A DNA stretch of 64,000 nucleotides from an uncultured Planctomycetota bacterium (GTDB lineage Bacteria > Planctomycetota > Planctomycetia > Isosphaerales > Isosphaeraceae), in assembly GCA_963737655.1 (NCBI GenBank), contig CAVTTN010000002.1:1568001-1632000 (forward strand). The letters are read 5' to 3'. A program made the position numbers and the translations under genes. Position 1 is the first letter of the stretch; each line of letters begins with the position of its first letter. Below the pieces are notes generated by a model. That model searched no databases and was not told the DNA's origin. It was given only the letters and a program-made list of their open reading frames with translations. This document shows, piece after piece, positions 39,192-51,201 of this stretch.

Positions 39192-42100
39192 TCAGGTCTC
39201 CCACCCCCGGAGGCCCTCGACCACCGAGAGCACCTCCGCGCGTTTCTTCTCGAACAGGGCGAAGAGGCCGAGGATCAGGATGCCGGCGACGATCCCCGAG
39301 GCGGCCCAGAGCCAGGTCTGGCGGAGGTCCACCGCCGCGTACCAGATGATCGTGAACAGCGACAGCGCCAGGAATCCGACGCCCAGGAACAGGAAGCCCC
39401 GGACCCTCAGCACGATCCCCCCGAAAATCCCCAGGATCGACAGCCCCGCCAGCGCCAGGGGGAGCCACGGCGCCTGGGCCACCCCGGTCAGGAGGATGTC
39501 GGTCGTCGAGGAGAGGTAGATCGCCAGGGAGGCCGCGTAGCGGATCGCCGCCATCCTCGCCTCGCCCAGCCTCTCGCGGTTCAGGTATCCGCCGGCCAGG
39601 ACGCACAACGCCGGAGGGATCACCCAGAGCTGAGGGTGGCGCGCCAGCCCGAGACCTTCCTGCCGGGAGAGGACCGTCCACAACGCCGCGTTGAACGCCA
39701 GGGCCGACACCGCCCCGAACCTCGACGACGACCTCAGCAGCGACAACGTCCCGTATAGCGCCCCGGCCAGGACGAGGAACACGACGTCCTGCCCCGGCTC
39801 CGGCGGCTTCCAGAACGAGGCGAGCAGGGGCAAGAGCGGCAGGAACGCCCCGGTCCGTTCCAACGGGTCGGCCAGGACCATCCGGCCTCTCCGGCGGAAC
39901 ATCTCGGCCAGGCCCGTGCCGAGGAACGCCACGCCCAGGACGATCAACGACCAGTACCGGGCGAAATATCCGGTGAACAGCCAGGAAAGCGTCAGGCCGA
40001 GGTGGGCGACCGTGGCGCCGAGGATCGCCTCGAAGCCGTAGACATACGCGGTCCGGCCCCTCTCGGAGAGGCCCAACGGGTCTCGGCCGGGGACGACCGC
40101 GGCGATCAGGGCCGCCGAGGCCGCGCCGAGCATCGCCAGGGCCACCGCGACGATCGCCCCGGGCGACATCGGCACATGGCGAGTCTCGCCCCGGCCCGCC
40201 ACCTCCGCCCCGAGGACCACCGCCAGGCTCGCCCCGGCCAGGATCAGCAACGCCGGGACCAATCGGCGGGCGGCGAGGGTCCATTCCGTGACCCTCGGCA
40301 GGAACTTCGCCAGCCCGAGGCCGTACAGCGCGCTCGTGGAAACCATCGCCACGAGGACCACGGCCATCCGGTCGAGCCGGGCCGTCGGCGACCCGGGCTC
40401 GATCATCGCCCAGCCCCAGGCGACGGCCCCGAGCGCCCCGACGGCCAGGGCGACGACCTGCAATCGCGACCTCCGGCGCCTCGGGCCAGGAGTCCCAGGG
40501 CCAAAACTTCCGCCAGGGCCGCATGGGCCGCCGCCGCTCTCAGGAACGCCGAAGACTCCGAGAGGATCGAGCCGAACGCCAGGGCCAGGACGGCCGCCGC
40601 CGTCGCCAGGCTCGCCGGGACGAGCCAGCCCAGGCCGTCGAACTCGGTCGCGACCTCGGCGACGGGGATGCCCAATCGGTCGGCCAGGAGGCGGAGGCCG
40701 TCCCTCCGGCTCCACAAATACGACGTCCCGACCGAATAGGCGGCCAGGACGGTCGTTCCGGTCCACAGGAGCATCCCGGGAGGCAGGTGGAACTGGCCGA
40801 TCACCCAGCCCGAGGCGATCAGGCCGAGCCCGTACAGGCCCGCCACCGGGCCTCGTCTCCGGCCGTCCCAGAGGCCCGAAGCCAGGGCCGAAGCGGTCGC
40901 CGCCAGGGCCAGCCAGCCGAGGAGAGGCCGGGGCCAGTCGCCCGAGGTCGCGGCGTCGGCCGCCAGGCTGATCAGGACCACGAACGCCAGGGCCGCCAGG
41001 CACGCCCTCAAGGCGATCGAGGGAAAGAGAGGCGCCTCGACCCGGGTCGAGGCCCTCCGAGGGGCCGAAAACCGGCGGTCGATCCAGAGCCAGCCGGCCA
41101 CCGGCGCCGCCAGGGCCACGATGTTCACGTCCAGGAGGTCCGCCAGCGATCCCCAGCCGCGAGAGCCTTTCCACCAGGCCGCATCCAGGCACCAGAACGT
41201 CGCCGCCACGTTCAACAGGATTCCGCCGACCGCCGAGAACGCCGAATTCCCCGACATCGCGGCCAGGATCGCCGCCACGGCCACGCTCGCGACCAACCCG
41301 CCGACCGACCACCCCGACGAAATCGGGTCGGACCCATAAGCGCGGAAGCTCATCACGGCGACCAGCCCCAGGGCCACCGACGACCACGTCACGGCCGCCG
41401 ATCGGGCCTCGTCCCCCACGTTCTCGAACCTCATCCCGCCTCGGTAGAGGGCGATCCCCGGCAGGACGATCCCGGACGCCGCCAGGGCCGCCATCAGGGC
41501 GTGATAGGTGGACCAGTTTCCCGAATCCCGGAACGCCTGACCCATCGCCAGGAAGGCGGACGCGCCGAGCAAGCCGGCCCCGAGCCACTCTTCCGGGATC
41601 GCCCGGCCGGAGAGACGGCTCCGGACCAGGACCGCCGCCGTGATCAGCAGGACGGCCCCCCAGCCCCACGCCCCGGCGACCGTCTTCAACGCGACGTGAG
41701 GCCACGGATCGACGATCACCCCGGCCGTCGCGACCACCAGGACGATCGTCCCCAGCGCCAGGCCCAGGCCGACCATCACGCCGAGGAGCCCGCCCAGGGG
41801 AGTCGGCCCTTTCTCGCCGTTCCGCCGTCTCCAGGCCGCGATCGTCCCCATCCAGGCCAGGGCGTAGGACGAGGCCACGATCGCGTTGAGGTCGAAGAGG
41901 CGGGCCCACAAGACCGCGTCGAGCGAGCGGCTCGGCACGATCACCACGCCCACCGTCGCCGCCACGCCCAGGACCAGACCGGCCGAGAACGCGAACGACG
42001 ACGACCGCTCGCGGGTCGCGAAGGCCACCAGTCCGGCGGCGAGGACCAGGATCGGCGGGACGAACGAGCCCACGTCCCCCAGACGGCGGAAGAACGAACC

Positions 42101-45100
42101 CGGCTCCGTCCCCACGATCGGGTTGCCCTGGAGCGACGAGCCGACGAGGTACACCGAGACCGCCAGCAACGGCAACGCCCCGACCAGGGCCGCCACCGTC
42201 CCCCCGGGCCGGACCCAGCCCCGCCACGACGGGCCGGCGCCGGTCATCAGGCCGAATCGCCGGTCGGTCACGATCCGGGCGATCAGCCCCGCCCCGGCCA
42301 AAGTCACGAAAAGGATGGCGGCCTCGCCCCAGATCCAGGAGAGGTCGGGATCGACGGGCCGGCTCGCCAAAGAGGCCCCGGCCACGAACGCCCCGAGGCT
42401 CGCCAGGGGAAGCAAGGCCAGGGCGATGGCCGTCCCGGCGACGAGCCGAGGGAGCCCGGACGCCTGTTCGGGCCCGATCGCCCAGCCCAGCCGCCGGGCC
42501 CGGTCCGCCAGGCGATCGCGGAACCCGTTGAGGATCGCCACGGCGAGGAAGGCCAGCGCCGAGGTCCACCGAAGCGCCGAGGCCGCCGCCACGTCCGGCC
42601 CCCATCGACCCGCCGCCAGGGGCGCCGCCATCGTGCCGACGACCAGCGCCCCGAGCAGATCGAGGCGTCGGAATCGCTCCCATTGTCCCGCCAGGAGGAC
42701 GGCCATCACCGCGACCAGGACGAGCCACGAGCCGATCTGGAGCGCGTGGTCATGGGGAATTCCCGAGATTTCGAACGCCGAGGCCGGGGGGACGACCCGA
42801 TGGAGGCCGTCGGTCCCGGCCAGCCTCGCGGCGAGATCGCGCGGCGACATCTCCCTCGCCACGTCGGGCGCGACGCCGTAAATCGCCATCGCCACGACGA
42901 TCGCGACGAGAAACCCCCGGAGGACGCGATCGAACGCCGGCCAGGGCGGCTCCAACAGGGCGTTGGCGGTCGAAAGGAGGGCCGAAGGGGGTTGTCTTCT
43001 CGCCATCGCTCGGTGGACCGCGATCCTCAACGCGATCCAGCCTCCGCAGAGCGCCGAGAGGGCCAACGCCTGGGCCTGGAGGCTCCACGGGTCGAGCCAC
43101 GGGAGCCGTTCCGAGGCGAACCACGGCCGCCTCGCCAGAACGGCCACCACCGCCGCCCCGACCGCCCCCGTGATCGCCGCCTGAGACCCGCCGAACAGGG
43201 CCGGAGAGGCCCTCCGCCACGCCAGGGCCAGCCACACGGCCGACAGCCAGGACGCCCGGAGCGCCACCGACGACGGCCCGGCCTCCGGCAGGGAGAGCAG
43301 AAGCAGGGCCGCCGAGAGGAATGACGTGGCCAGGGCCGACCGGGCGAGGATGCCCCGGATCGTCGCCGGGACCGGATGGCCGTCCTTCCGAAATCGCCCG
43401 AGGATCTCCGCCAGGACCAGGGCCAGAGTCGCATGGGCGAGCCCGGCGACGACCCAGGGGACCGCGACCGCCCCCCTCGCGCCGAAGACGACCCACTGAA
43501 CCAAAGCCATCAGCCCGAGGACCGAGCCGAGCCAGGCCAGGCCGATCGTCTCGGGACGGCCGGACGTCCTCTCGACCAGGGGGTTCCGCCCGAACCACCC
43601 CGCCGAGACCAGCGCCGCCGCGGCATACGCCCCAAGAATCCACGAGGCGCCGGCCGGGTCGCCAGCTCGGCCGAACCCGAGAACGGTCGCCAGGCCGACG
43701 CTCGCCACGAACGCCAGGGCCGTGACCGCCGCGTAGGCCTCGGCCTCGGCCCGGCGCTTCCATCGCAAAGCCCCGCCGACGAGGACGAGCATCGACAGGA
43801 CCAGGGGGACCAGCGCCGCCCCGCTCCGGGTTGAGAGCAGGACGGCTCGGGCCTGGTCCGCCGTCCCCCCGGCCCAGGCCAGCCCTCCCGAGGCCACCTG
43901 ATAGCCGAGCAAATAGGCGATCGCCAGGCACGCGCCGGCCAGCGCGTGGGCGGCGGGGGCCTCGAAGAACACGGCCACCGCCGAGAGCACGACGAAGCTC
44001 AAGAGCGCCACCGGCAGCATCCCGGACGGCTCGGGCCAGGCCAGGACCATCCCCGCCAGCATCAGCATGACGCCCCCGGCGGCGATCGCCGTCCCGGCCA
44101 CCCGATAGGCGACGAGCTCCGCGTTCCGGACCTTCCGCCACAGGACCAGCCCGGGAGCCAAAACCGCCGCGCCGGCCAGGGCGCCAGAGGAGCGAGCCGG
44201 TGGAACGTCGCCCACGAGGCGCCTCCCTGGATGATCAACAGACCCAGGGCGAGCGCCGCCGCGAACCCCGCCAGGCCCAGGAGGTTCAGGACTTCCAGGG
44301 ACGCCGGCTCGTCCATCTCGGGCTCGCGGCGGAACCTCGCCAACAGCCCGCCCGAGGCCGCCCCCTGGGCGATCAGAGGCAGGGCCCCGAGCGCCAGGAC
44401 CGAGGTCAGCCCCGCACCCGGACCCGCCCATCGGCGGATCAACAGCATGGCCACCGACGGCGCCAGGACGCCCAGGGTCAACGCCCAGGGGGCTCGCGAG
44501 ACCAGGGACCGGCCCGCGCGGAACGTCAGCCACGCGAAGATCGCCGCCGTCCCGAGCTCCCCGGCGACGGCCCAGGTCGAGCCCGCCTCGGTCCCCCTGG
44601 CCATCGCGGCCACGGCCAGGAAGTTCAGAGGGGCCAGCAAGGTGGCGATCACGAACAGCCCTCGGGCCGTCGTCGGCAGGGTCCATCGCCTCTCGGCGTG
44701 GATTCCCAGCAGGAACAGCAGGGCCGTGACCCCGTTGAACAGCCCGAATTTCAGGAACGGCCGCTCGGCGATGCTCGACCAGAAGCTGATGACCAGCGCC
44801 AGCGAGCACCCGACGATCAACAGGCCGCCGACCAGCTCGCCCCAGCGGATGTTCTTCTCCTCCAGGAACCCCGAGAGCAGGGCGCCGAACGCCCGGGTGG
44901 GCTCGGGTTCCGCGGTCGCAGGCCCGACGACGGCCGGGAGCGTCTCTTCGGAGGGCGTCGTCGGGACGTCGGCGACCACGTCGCGCTCGTCCAGGAACAG
45001 GACGCCCGCGGAGGGAGGCGGAACGGGCCGGGCTTCCTGACGAGCCGGGATCGGCACCTGGGGGCGGAGCCGATCGGCCAGGGCCGGCGCGGAGGCGTCC

Positions 45101-45447
45101 TCGGCCCGGATCGCCTGGAGGAGCCGTTGGCCCGCCTCGTCGCTCAGGACCCCGGCCCGGAGCAACCGCTCGACCTTCCTCCGGAGGGCGGCCAGGGCGC
45201 GTTTCGGCTCGGGCCGGGCCGAGGCCCCGGGGGCCATCGGCGACCATCCGCAGACGAAGCACGACCCGAGCCGGCGGTCCCACTCCTCGGCGCACCGGGG
45301 GCACGTCTCCGACGCGACCGGCTGGGGCGTATGCCCCTGAAACAGCCCGACCAGCCCCCGGATCGTCGCCCGGACCGCCACCCACAGGCCGTGGCCCACG
45401 ACCGCGATCACGCCAAGGCCGACCAGGAGCCAGAACACGAAGTCCAT
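39192..45447 (-). CDS. Giant polytopic membrane protein (~2085 aa) with N-terminal CxxC-x10-CxxC zinc ribbon; two frameshifts (~44183, ~40476)
   Basis: Hydrophobic frames of ORFs 44062-45636, 40403-45694 and 39192-42728 join end to end with single-base additions. Start MDFVFWLLVG at 45447; CPRC..CFVC; FLEEKNIRWGELVGGLLIVG; ends LFALFEKKRAEVL..WET. Confidence 0.8.
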
Positions 45448-45618
45448 CGGGGGCCCTTCCTGCGTCGAGGAGCGACCGGACCCGGGATCGACCGACATCG
45501 GCCCCCGTCCCGCGATCGTATCCGGGCCGCGATCCGCGGAGGCGAGAAATCCCGGAGCCGCCGAACCGAAATACGTCGTCTTGGTCCGTCGCCGTTGACT
45601 CGCCGACGTCCCTCCCCA

Positions 45619-45646
45619 TTGATTTGTGGCAAGCAAATGTTAAACT
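45619..45646 (+). promoter_or_regulatory. Candidate sigma70 promoter for the DUF1501 gene
   Basis: TTGATT-16 nt-TAAACT with an extended TG, ~47 bp upstream of ATG 45693 in a divergent intergenic region. Confidence 0.4.
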
Positions 45647-45692
45647 TAACGGGCGTCGCCCGGAGGCGACCGACCGACGGGAGGCCCCGACC

Positions 45693-47061
45693 ATGAACCG
45701 GACCGAACGGAATCTCTCGCTGACCCGTCGCGGGTTCGTCCAGGTGGGTGCGTCCTCGCTCCTCGGGATGGGCTTGCCCGGCCTCCTGGCCGGGAGGGCG
45801 GCGGCCTCGGGCCAGGCCGCGACGGGCCGGGCGAAGTCGGTGATCGTGATCTTGCTGAGCGGAGGGGCTCGGCCAGCACGACTCCTTCGACATGAAGCCC
45901 GACGCCCCCGACGGCATCCGGGGCGAGTTCAAGCCGATCGCCACCAACGTCCCGGGCATCCACGTCTGCGAGCACCTGCCCCGGCTCGCCGCTCGGGCCG
46001 ATCGATTGGCGATCGTCCGCTCGATGTCCCACCCCGAGGGGAACCACCTGGTCGCCGTCCACCGGGTCCTGACCGGCCATCCCTCGAACCCCCGAGGCGC
46101 CAGCGACCTGGACCGCGTGGCCTCTCGGGATGATTTTCCGTGCTACGGCGCCGTGGTCGATCAGGTCCGCCGCCGGGGCGAGGGCATCCCCAGCGCCGTG
46201 GCGTTGCCGTTGAGGCTGGTCGAGGGGCCGTTGACGTGGCCGGGCCAGGACGCCGGATTCCTCGGCCCCCAGCACGACCCGTGGCAGCTCCGGCTCGACC
46301 CGAACCGGCTGGACTCGAAGGATGAGAGCCTCGCCCTGCCTCAAGGGCTGGACCCGGACCGCCTCCACCGCCGCCGCCACCTGCTCGGGCAGGTCGCCCC
46401 GCCGAGCCCCGGCGATGCCTTCGCCGACCATCGCGACGCCGCCCTGGCCATGCTTTGCAACGGCAAGGTGGGCCGCGCCGTCGATCCCGAGAAGGAAGAC
46501 CCGAGGCTGGCCGACCGCTACGGCCGCCACCTTTTTGGGAAGACCTTGCTGATCGCCCGGAGGCTGGTCGAGGCGGGCGTTCCGGTCGTCCAGGCGACGA
46601 TGGGGATCGTCCAGACGTGGGATACCCACGTCGCCAACTTCCCCCGGCTCAAGGACAGCCTGCTCCCCCCGCTCGACCAGGCGGTCTCGGCCCTCCTGGA
46701 CGACCTGGAAGCCCGGGGGATGCTCGACGAGACGCTCGTGGTGATGCTCAGCGAGTTCGGCCGGACGCCCCGAATTCACCCGCTGAAGCCCGGGGACGTC
46801 CCGGGCCGAGACCACTGGCCGGCGGTCTTCCCCGCGGTGTTCGCCGGGGCCGGGGTCGTCGGAGGCCAGGTGATCGGCAAGTCGGACAAGCTGGGAGCGT
46901 ATGCCGTCTCCCGGACGTTCGGGCCGCCGGACCTCGCCGCGACGGTCTACCACGCCCTGGGCGTCGATCCGGCCACGGAAGTTCGCGACCGTCTCGGCCG
47001 CCCTCTCCGGCTCTGCCTGGGAGAGCGGATGACGCCGCTCTACTCGGCCGAGACGGTCTGA
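45693..47061 (+). CDS. DUF1501 family protein with twin-arginine signal; one frameshift near 45866
   Basis: MNRTERNLSLTRRGFVQVG, AKSVIVILLSGG; removing one G gives LGQHDSFDMKPDAP; WDTH, SEFGRTP, GRDHWP. Confidence 0.9.
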
Positions 47062-47075
47062 TCGAGGCGGCAGGA

Positions 47076-47207
47076 TACGTGTTCAGCGGGTCAGAGGCCG
47101 GATTTCGTAGGGTCCGCTCTTGCGGACCTCTTCGGAGCGGCGTCGAATCGAAGAGGTCCGCAAGAGCGGACCCTACGAAAGTGGCCTCCCAAGCCGCTGA
47201 ACACGTA
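47076..47207. repeat. REPIN-like long hairpin, GTAG REP family C (GTAGGGTCCGCTCTTGCGGACC)
   Basis: Perfect 32-bp inverted arms 47103-47134 / 47149-47180, plus outer arms TACGTGTTCAGCGG / CCGCTGAACACGTA; lies at the junction of convergent genes. Confidence 0.85.
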
Positions 47208-49584
47208 CGCGAGGTTTCTCGCATCGTCTGACCCGTTGAAGGCGATGGGAAGCGTCAGGACCAGCGCGAGCACGCAACCCAGGAGCCAGGCCCCGAACGT
47301 CGCCGCCGAGACCGCCCGGCCCATGGCCAGCCCTGGCGGCTTGTACGTCATCACGACCCGGTGATCGCCGGGCCGATCGAGGACCAAGGTCCTCTGCCAG
47401 TGGTCCCCCTTGAGGACCTCGGCCGGGCGGCCGTCCACCTCGGCCGACCAGCCGGGCATCCACGTGTCGGCGACCACGAGCAGGCCCGGGCCCCGGTCCT
47501 CACCTCCACCTCGACGCGGTCCGGGTCGGCCGAGCGAACGATCCGGGCCGGGGTGAACGGCTGCCTCGAACCGGCCTCCCGCAACGGGTCGACCGGCAGG
47601 ATCACGGCCTCGCGAGGGTCGAGCCGGACGAACCGGCCGACGATCGAGGGCAAGTCGGGCGCGACCTCGGCCCTCGGCACCACGTAGGCTCGCGGAAGAG
47701 GCTCGGGATCGCGCCGGACGACGAACGAATCGCTCGCAACCGATCCCGACGCCGCCACCGGCCAGCCGATCTCGGGGACGTCGCGATCGGTGACGATCAG
47801 GGAGGTATTCATCCGCCGGAGCACGGCTCGCCAGCCGTCGGGATTCGCCAGGCGGGCGAGCCGGGGCGGTCCGAGGCCGCCGAACATGTTGTAAAGCGTC
47901 TCGTAGAGGTCGGCCGCGTGCTGGACCTGGAACGAATCATTCACATTGGTTTTATCGATGTTCATCGAGCCGGCCGGGGCGTCGCCGAAGAAGGCGTCGC
48001 GGGCCCGGACGCGAAACGGCCCCTCCGGGCGGCTCCGAACGATCGCCCGGCCCACCTCTCCCGGGTCCAGGAACCGCGAGGCGGGCGCGACCCGGATCAG
48101 GCTGTGCCCATAAATCCCCAGCTCGGCGACCGCCAGGACGCCGAGGGCCGCCGCGATCGTCCGTCGCCGATCGGGCCGGAGGCGAAGGGCCTCGAAGCCG
48201 AGGAAGGTGCCGGCCAGGGCGGCGAGGGCGACCGGGTCGGCCGCGATCCTCGCCCCGGCCCCGATCCATCCCGTCTCGCTCGGCCCGGAGCGCGCCGAGG
48301 CCGCGATCAGCCCGGCCGCCAGGGCCGCGACCGTCGCGCGGACGCCCTGGGCGAATCGCTTCCAGTCCGTCCCGGCCGTCGTGATCGCCTCCACCCCGAG
48401 CCCGGAGAGGACCGAGGCCCCCAGGCTCGCCAGGAACAAGGACCGCGCCGGGACCCGGAACCGATCCATCCCCGGGACGATCGCATAGAACAGGCGGAAC
48501 GTCCACGTCCTCGGACCCAGGGCGAACAGGACGGCCCCGACCGTGAGCCCCAGCCATCCCAGGATCAGCCTTCGCCTCGGCGACCCGGCCACGGCCGCCG
48601 CCGCCAGCGCCAGGGGGACCCAGCCGATCGAGACGACGGTCTCCCAGTAGCTCCCCGGCCCCCGATAATCGCCCGGCCCGCCCAGGGCCCTCGGCCCCGC
48701 GAGCTGAGCGAGGTTGATCCAGCTCGCGTGATACTTCCCGGCCTCGCGGAACCCGAGCTTCGTGCCCTTCAGGGCCCATTTTGCGCGAGGAGGTCCGGGA
48801 CCAGCTCGACGGCGACCAGGCCGAACGTCATGGCCGCGACCAGGGGCGCCAGACCGAGCAGGAGGCCCGCCGATCGCGGCCCGTCGGCTCGCCATCGCCG
48901 GGCGGCCTCGGCGGCCAGGAGGCCGAGGAGCGCCAGGATCAGGTAGTACGCCTCCTGGACGTGCCCGGTCAGCATCGCCGCCGCCAGAATGGGCGGAAGC
49001 AGCCAGGCCCGGGAGACAACCGGCCATTCCTGAACTCCCCAGGCCGCCCAGAATGCCCAGGAGTACCACGACGCGGCCCAGACGTGCGGATAGTGCCCCT
49101 CATTGGCCTGGGCCAGGACGTAAGGGGCGGAAATGAAGACGGAGGCGCCCACCGTGGACGCAACCCGAGGAACGTCCAGGCTGCGTAAGAGGACGTAAAG
49201 GCCCAGGCCACCCCAGGCGAGATGGCCGACGGTCAGCCAGCCCAGGGCCGACGGCGTCCAGAATCGCCAGGCGACCCACGAGGGCGGATACCAGAGGCCG
49301 CCTTGAGGGTTCCCCACGAGGGGGCGCCCGCCGAACCCCGACGGGTCCCAGCCGGGGATTCGGCCCGTCCGGGCGACGGCCGAGGCGATCCGGGCGTGAT
49401 GGGGGAGGAACAGGCGGGTCAGGTCGTTCCCCGGCGAGAGGGCGTCCTCGGGGACGGCCCGATCGATCCCGGGGCGGTCGGCGTCGGCGATCAGGGCCGT
49501 CGGATCGGCCGCGAGCTTGCCGAAGACGACCAGGGCCACGCCGATCAGGACCAAACCGGGCCAAATGTTGCGGAGGAGCTTCAT
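47091..49584 (-). CDS. YfhO-family (GT-C-like) membrane glycosyltransferase; two frameshifts (~48780, ~47492)
   Basis: Start MKLLRNIWPG at 49584; PGWDPSGFGGRPLVGNPQGGLWYP, PGMDRFRVPAR, LPRAYVV, LVVADTWMPGWSAEVDG. Fragments join by restoring one A and one G. Confidence 0.8.
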
Positions 49585-49631
49585 CGTGGAGGACCGGGCC
49601 TTCCGGATCACGGGGCGTGGCGACCGATTCC

Positions 49632-49718
49632 CGGGTGGCATGCCCACGTCTTCGTGGGCATGTCCTCGGACTGGACCGGACCGAAGACATGCCCACGTCT
49701 TCGTGGGCATGCCACCCG
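49632..49718. repeat. Doublet of family B palindromic REP-like units
   Basis: CGGGTGGCATGCCCACGTCTTCGTGGGCATGTC ... GACATGCCCACGTCTTCGTGGGCATGCCACCCG in the intergenic gap. Confidence 0.8.
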
Positions 49719-49748
49719 CGAATGGGGCGCGGGCTGACCATTTTCGGG

Positions 49749-51038
49749 TCACGGGGCCGGGGTCTTCGCCCCATCTCTCACCGGGGCCCGGAAGTGCGGC
49801 CCGGGAGCGGTGGAGGCGCGGTCCCGGCCGGTCCGGAGGCCGGCGATCAGGGCGAAGTAGCGGTCGATGTGGGCGGCCTCGGACCACTCCCCTCGCCGGA
49901 CGGCATGCCCCCGCTCGGCCAGCTCGTCGCGGAGGTCCTCGTCGTGGACGACCCGTCGCAGGGCCAGCAACAACTCGCCGTCGGTCGAGTAGCCGAGCCC
50001 CCCTCCGCTCTCCACGCCGGTCTCGACCAGGGCGCCGCCGCCTCGATGGACCACCACGGGCGTCCCCACGGCGAAGGCTTCCAGGACGACGTAGCCGAAC
50101 GTCTCGGGGAACAGCGACGGCACGACCACGGCCCTCGCCCCGTGGAACAGCCGGGCCAGCGCCTCGCCGCCGAGCAGCCCCTCGAACTTCACGTTCGGCA
50201 GCCCCGAGGCGAGCCGTCGGAGGGAGGCTTCGTACGGGCCCGTCCCGGCGATCCTCAGGTCCACTTCCGGCAGGAGTCGCATCAACGGGATCAGCCTCTG
50301 GAACCCCTTCATCGCCACGAGGCGGCCCGCCGCCGCGAGATACGGCCGGGGCGTCGGGGCCGGAGGGTGGTCCTCGATCCCGCCCGACCAGTCGTCGGGC
50401 AGGAAGTACGGCAGGTGGACCATCGGGGCGCCCACGCCTCGCCTCCGGTGCTCCTCCAGGGCGTGCAACGTCGGGAAAACCAGGGCGTCGAGCTGCTGGA
50501 GGCCGCGATCGATGGCCCCGGTGTACCGCCAGACCTGCGGGGGGCGGCCCCCGGCGAGGCTGCACCTCACGCAGGTCGGCCCGTCGCACGCCTTCCGCCC
50601 GTACTTCCACAGCAGGTGCATCGGGCAGATCAGCCAGTGCTCATGGGCCGTCATGATCCGAACGGCATGGCGGCCCATGTGGAGGACGTCGGGCCCGCCG
50701 ACGAGCGAGATATTGTGGAAATGGACGACGTCCGTATCGAGGTCATCCAGGAGGCCCCTCAGGGCCTTCGTCTTGAACCAGGGCTTGCCCGTGACCTGCG
50801 TGGCCAGGGGGGAGAGGACGCCGAACCGGCTCTCCAGGCGGTGGACGTGCAGCCCCTCGGGCGGCGAATAGGGCCGCAAGGGATGGCGGCCCCGGACGGC
50901 CTCGAAGGCGTCCCCGCAGTGGACGACGTGGACCTCATGGCCTCGTCGCAGAAGGGCCCGGCTCAGGCGATCGACGTAGGCGGCGTCCCCGCCGAAGCTG
51001 TGGCCGCCGAAGAACGTCGTGACCATGCAGAATTTCAA
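49749..51038 (-). CDS. Glycosyltransferase family 4
   Basis: TTG start after AGGAGG (KFCMVTTFFG); TAHEHWLICP, AGRLVAMKG, PETFGYVVLEAFAVGTPVV. Confidence 0.9.
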   Translation of the reverse strand: MKFCMVTTFFGGHSFGGDAAYVDRLSRALLRRGHEVHVVHCGDAFEAVRGRHPLRPYSPPEGLHVHRLESRFGVLSPLATQVTGKPWFKTKALRGLLDDLDTDVVHFHNISLVGGPDVLHMGRHAVRIMTAHEHWLICPMHLLWKYGRKACDGPTCVRCSLAGGRPPQVWRYTGAIDRGLQQLDALVFPTLHALEEHRRRGVGAPMVHLPYFLPDDWSGGIEDHPPAPTPRPYLAAAGRLVAMKGFQRLIPLMRLLPEVDLRIAGTGPYEASLRRLASGLPNVKFEGLLGGEALARLFHGARAVVVPSLFPETFGYVVLEAFAVGTPVVVHRGGGALVETGVESGGGLGYSTDGELLLALRRVVHDEDLRDELAERGHAVRRGEWSEAAHIDRYFALIAGLRTGRDRASTAPGPHFRAPVRDGAKTPAP

Positions 51039-51144
51039 CGGCGACCTCCTGTCGCGTCGCATCAACCCGGAGGTCCGCTCCGGGGGGCGGTCGTGTTTAC
51101 CAGATCGGCTCAGTCCCGGCTAGCGGAAGTCCGCGAGGGAGTCT

Positions 51145-51166
51145 GCAGGGTGCATGAAAGGCACCA
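51145..51166 (+). repeat. Degenerate family A REP
   Basis: GCAGGGTGCATGAAAGGCACCA, two mismatches to the family A unit, located in an intergenic region. Confidence 0.55.
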
Positions 51167-51201
51167 AACCCACGCGGCCGCCCGCCCAAGGCCGCCTTCC
51201 T

